The translations under genes and the position numbers were made by a program. A stretch of 64,000 bases of DNA from Epiperipatus broadwayi (taxonomy: Eukaryota > Animalia > Onychophora). Location of the stretch: NCBI GenBank assembly GCA_028023455.1, contig JAQFVV010000003.1:31124001-31188000 (forward strand). The letters are read 5' to 3'. Positions 62,401-64,000 of this stretch are shown here, one piece after another (positions within the stretch are counted from its first letter, which is position 1; each line of letters begins with the position of its first letter). Under the pieces are notes generated by a model. The model was not told where the DNA came from and made no database searches. It saw only the letters and a list, made by a program, of their open reading frames with translations.

Positions 62401-62759
62401 CAAAAAGTACAAGTATATATTTTTGAATATGGATATAGAAATTTTATTGTAACTAATTAACCATTTTTTATTTCATATGAATATTTTTGTCAATGTTACA
62501 AACACACAATTACATCATAATATTAATTTTGAGTTAGTCTTTAATTTCTTTAGTCATTTTCATACAAACCTTTCATTAGTGCTGAAATTTTATTTTTTTT
62601 AAAAGGCTTTAATTAATTGTAATTAAAAATATTTTAGTTTTAATTAAACATTCTAGATGTCAGTAGCTATCAGGAGAAGCCATAGTACATCGCATCACAT
62701 CACATCCATAAAATTGTGATAAAATATTGTCATAAAAGAAGTGAAAAAATGGTTTCTAA

Positions 62760-63420
62760 GTGTGGATAGTTTAAAGAATAAGTGAGAAGAAATGGAGGAA
62801 AATGTAGTTGAGGAAGATAGAATAGAGTATGTATTTAGGGGAGTGACAAGAGATATGGATGACAAAATAAGTAGTGCAATGGAGATAGTTATCCAAAAAA
62901 ATAAGTAAGAGAGAGAAAAAGGTAAAGGATGTAGAAGTAAAATTTAAATCATTAGAGATGAAGTGTGAGAAGATCAAGGAATTAACATATAGAAATGATA
63001 ATGAAGAACTAAATCAGGAAATCAGGAAGGTGAAAGAGAATGTTATGAATGAAGTAGGGAAAGTAAACTATGAGACAGTTCTGATAGGAATCTCACTAAT
63101 TAGAGGGTGTGGAGATGTAATTGCTAGGAAAATAAGGTATATAAGAATATGTTTGCCTGGAGCTAGAATTAAGGATGTTAAAGATAAAGTAATATTTATG
63201 TTATGGTAGGGACAAATAATTTGTCAGATCCATCATAGTACAAAGAATTGGTTAATAACTTGAATAAGATTAAAGGAAGTATATAAATAGTTATATTACT
63301 ACCAAGATTTGAGAATAGGGCATGTTTTATAAATGAGAGAATGAAAAAATTATGTGAGACAAATAATGCTATGTTTGTGGATGTGTAGGATTTTTTATTA
63401 GTAAGAGGGAGTTATCTAGT
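62760..63420 (+). mobile_element. CR1/L2-type LINE ORF1 remnant (coiled coil + SGNH/GDSL esterase-like domain)
   Basis: VLIGISLIRGCG...RICLPGARIKDV matches the esterase-type ORF1 pattern LVGDSIVR...CFPGA...DV; stops follow. Confidence 0.6.
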
Positions 63421-64000
63421 AAAGATGAATTGCTCTTAGAAATTGTTATCGAAAGAAATCTAATTAGATTAAATAGTTTATAAATTTGAAATGTAATCAG
63501 ATTAGGCAGTGTATTCAAAAAACAAGATAAAGTAAAATGGCAGATATTCCTTAGACAATGGTCAGGTTTTCTTATTAAAAAGGTCATTAAATATTTTATT
63601 ATATTCATTTCCATCACTCAGAATTGTCTAAAATATATTTGTTATGACTGCTGGATGATGCATTTCAAGAAAAACCATGTGCTAGTCTGATAATCTTACT
63701 ACCGATTTTATATATTCTGTATCATGAATAATATTACATGTTGCAAAATTTTAACTGAGATGCATTGCTTAATCCATGTATGTTCTTTGGTCTAGACATG
63801 ATGTAGTTCCAGTTAATTATCCTGAGAGCATCTACCCAAAACCTGAAATGTAAGACTGAACTTAACCTGTCATTGCCAAAAAGTAGTTACCCTGTGCTAT
63901 ATATTTGTTTGTCAAAGATCTATCAAATAGAAGCATTCTCTTATTAAGAAAAGTGTTGGATGTGCATGGATGGATCTTGATGTGAATTTAAATACAGTAC

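Noticed and set aside
676-63617. Most 60-130 aa ORFs in the ORF track
   Set aside because: Their Ile/Lys/Phe/Tyr/Asn-rich composition is what AT-rich non-coding DNA or antisense TE frames produce; only those matching TE domains were used.
1-64000. CRISPR arrays, rRNA, intact tRNA genes, prokaryotic operons
   Set aside because: No regularly spaced repeat-spacer arrays or rRNA-like tracts, and the overall organisation is eukaryotic. (TA)n, (TTA)n and (GTT)n microsatellites are ordinary.

Overview
This is very AT-rich, CpG-depleted eukaryotic (probably invertebrate) genomic DNA dominated by decayed transposable elements. No complete protein-coding gene can be established, and most ORF-track entries are noise or TE remnants. 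Recognisable elements: RTE-, Jockey/I- and CR1/L2-type LINE remnants; two LTR (Gypsy-like) elements, one apparently gag-only with a long tRNA-Lys-type PBS; Tc1/mariner and hAT-type MITEs; a tRNA-Gly-derived pseudogene; and many Penelope-like element (PLE) pieces (RT and GIY-YIG remnants). The most striking signal is about ten fold-back (palindromic) insertions, with 3' ends pointing outward wherever orientation can be read. Most carry or adjoin minimal type I hammerhead ribozyme (HHR) motifs with palindromic helix III (ACTAGT, ACGT, ATACGTAT, AGCGCT, ACCATGGT). About 15 intact or decayed HHR-like motifs from several distinct families are visible. Two non-coding HHR families have ~450-480 nt units with terminal direct repeats (retrozyme-like), and one of them also contains a tRNA-like Pol III head. 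The best host-gene candidate is a minus-strand signal-peptide exon at 14871-14928. A diverged ~1.5 kb paralogous pair (7.0-8.4 kb and 33.4-35.0 kb) with a conserved splice acceptor and poly(A) signal is unexplained. All alignments and folds were done by eye, so boundaries of decayed elements are approximate.
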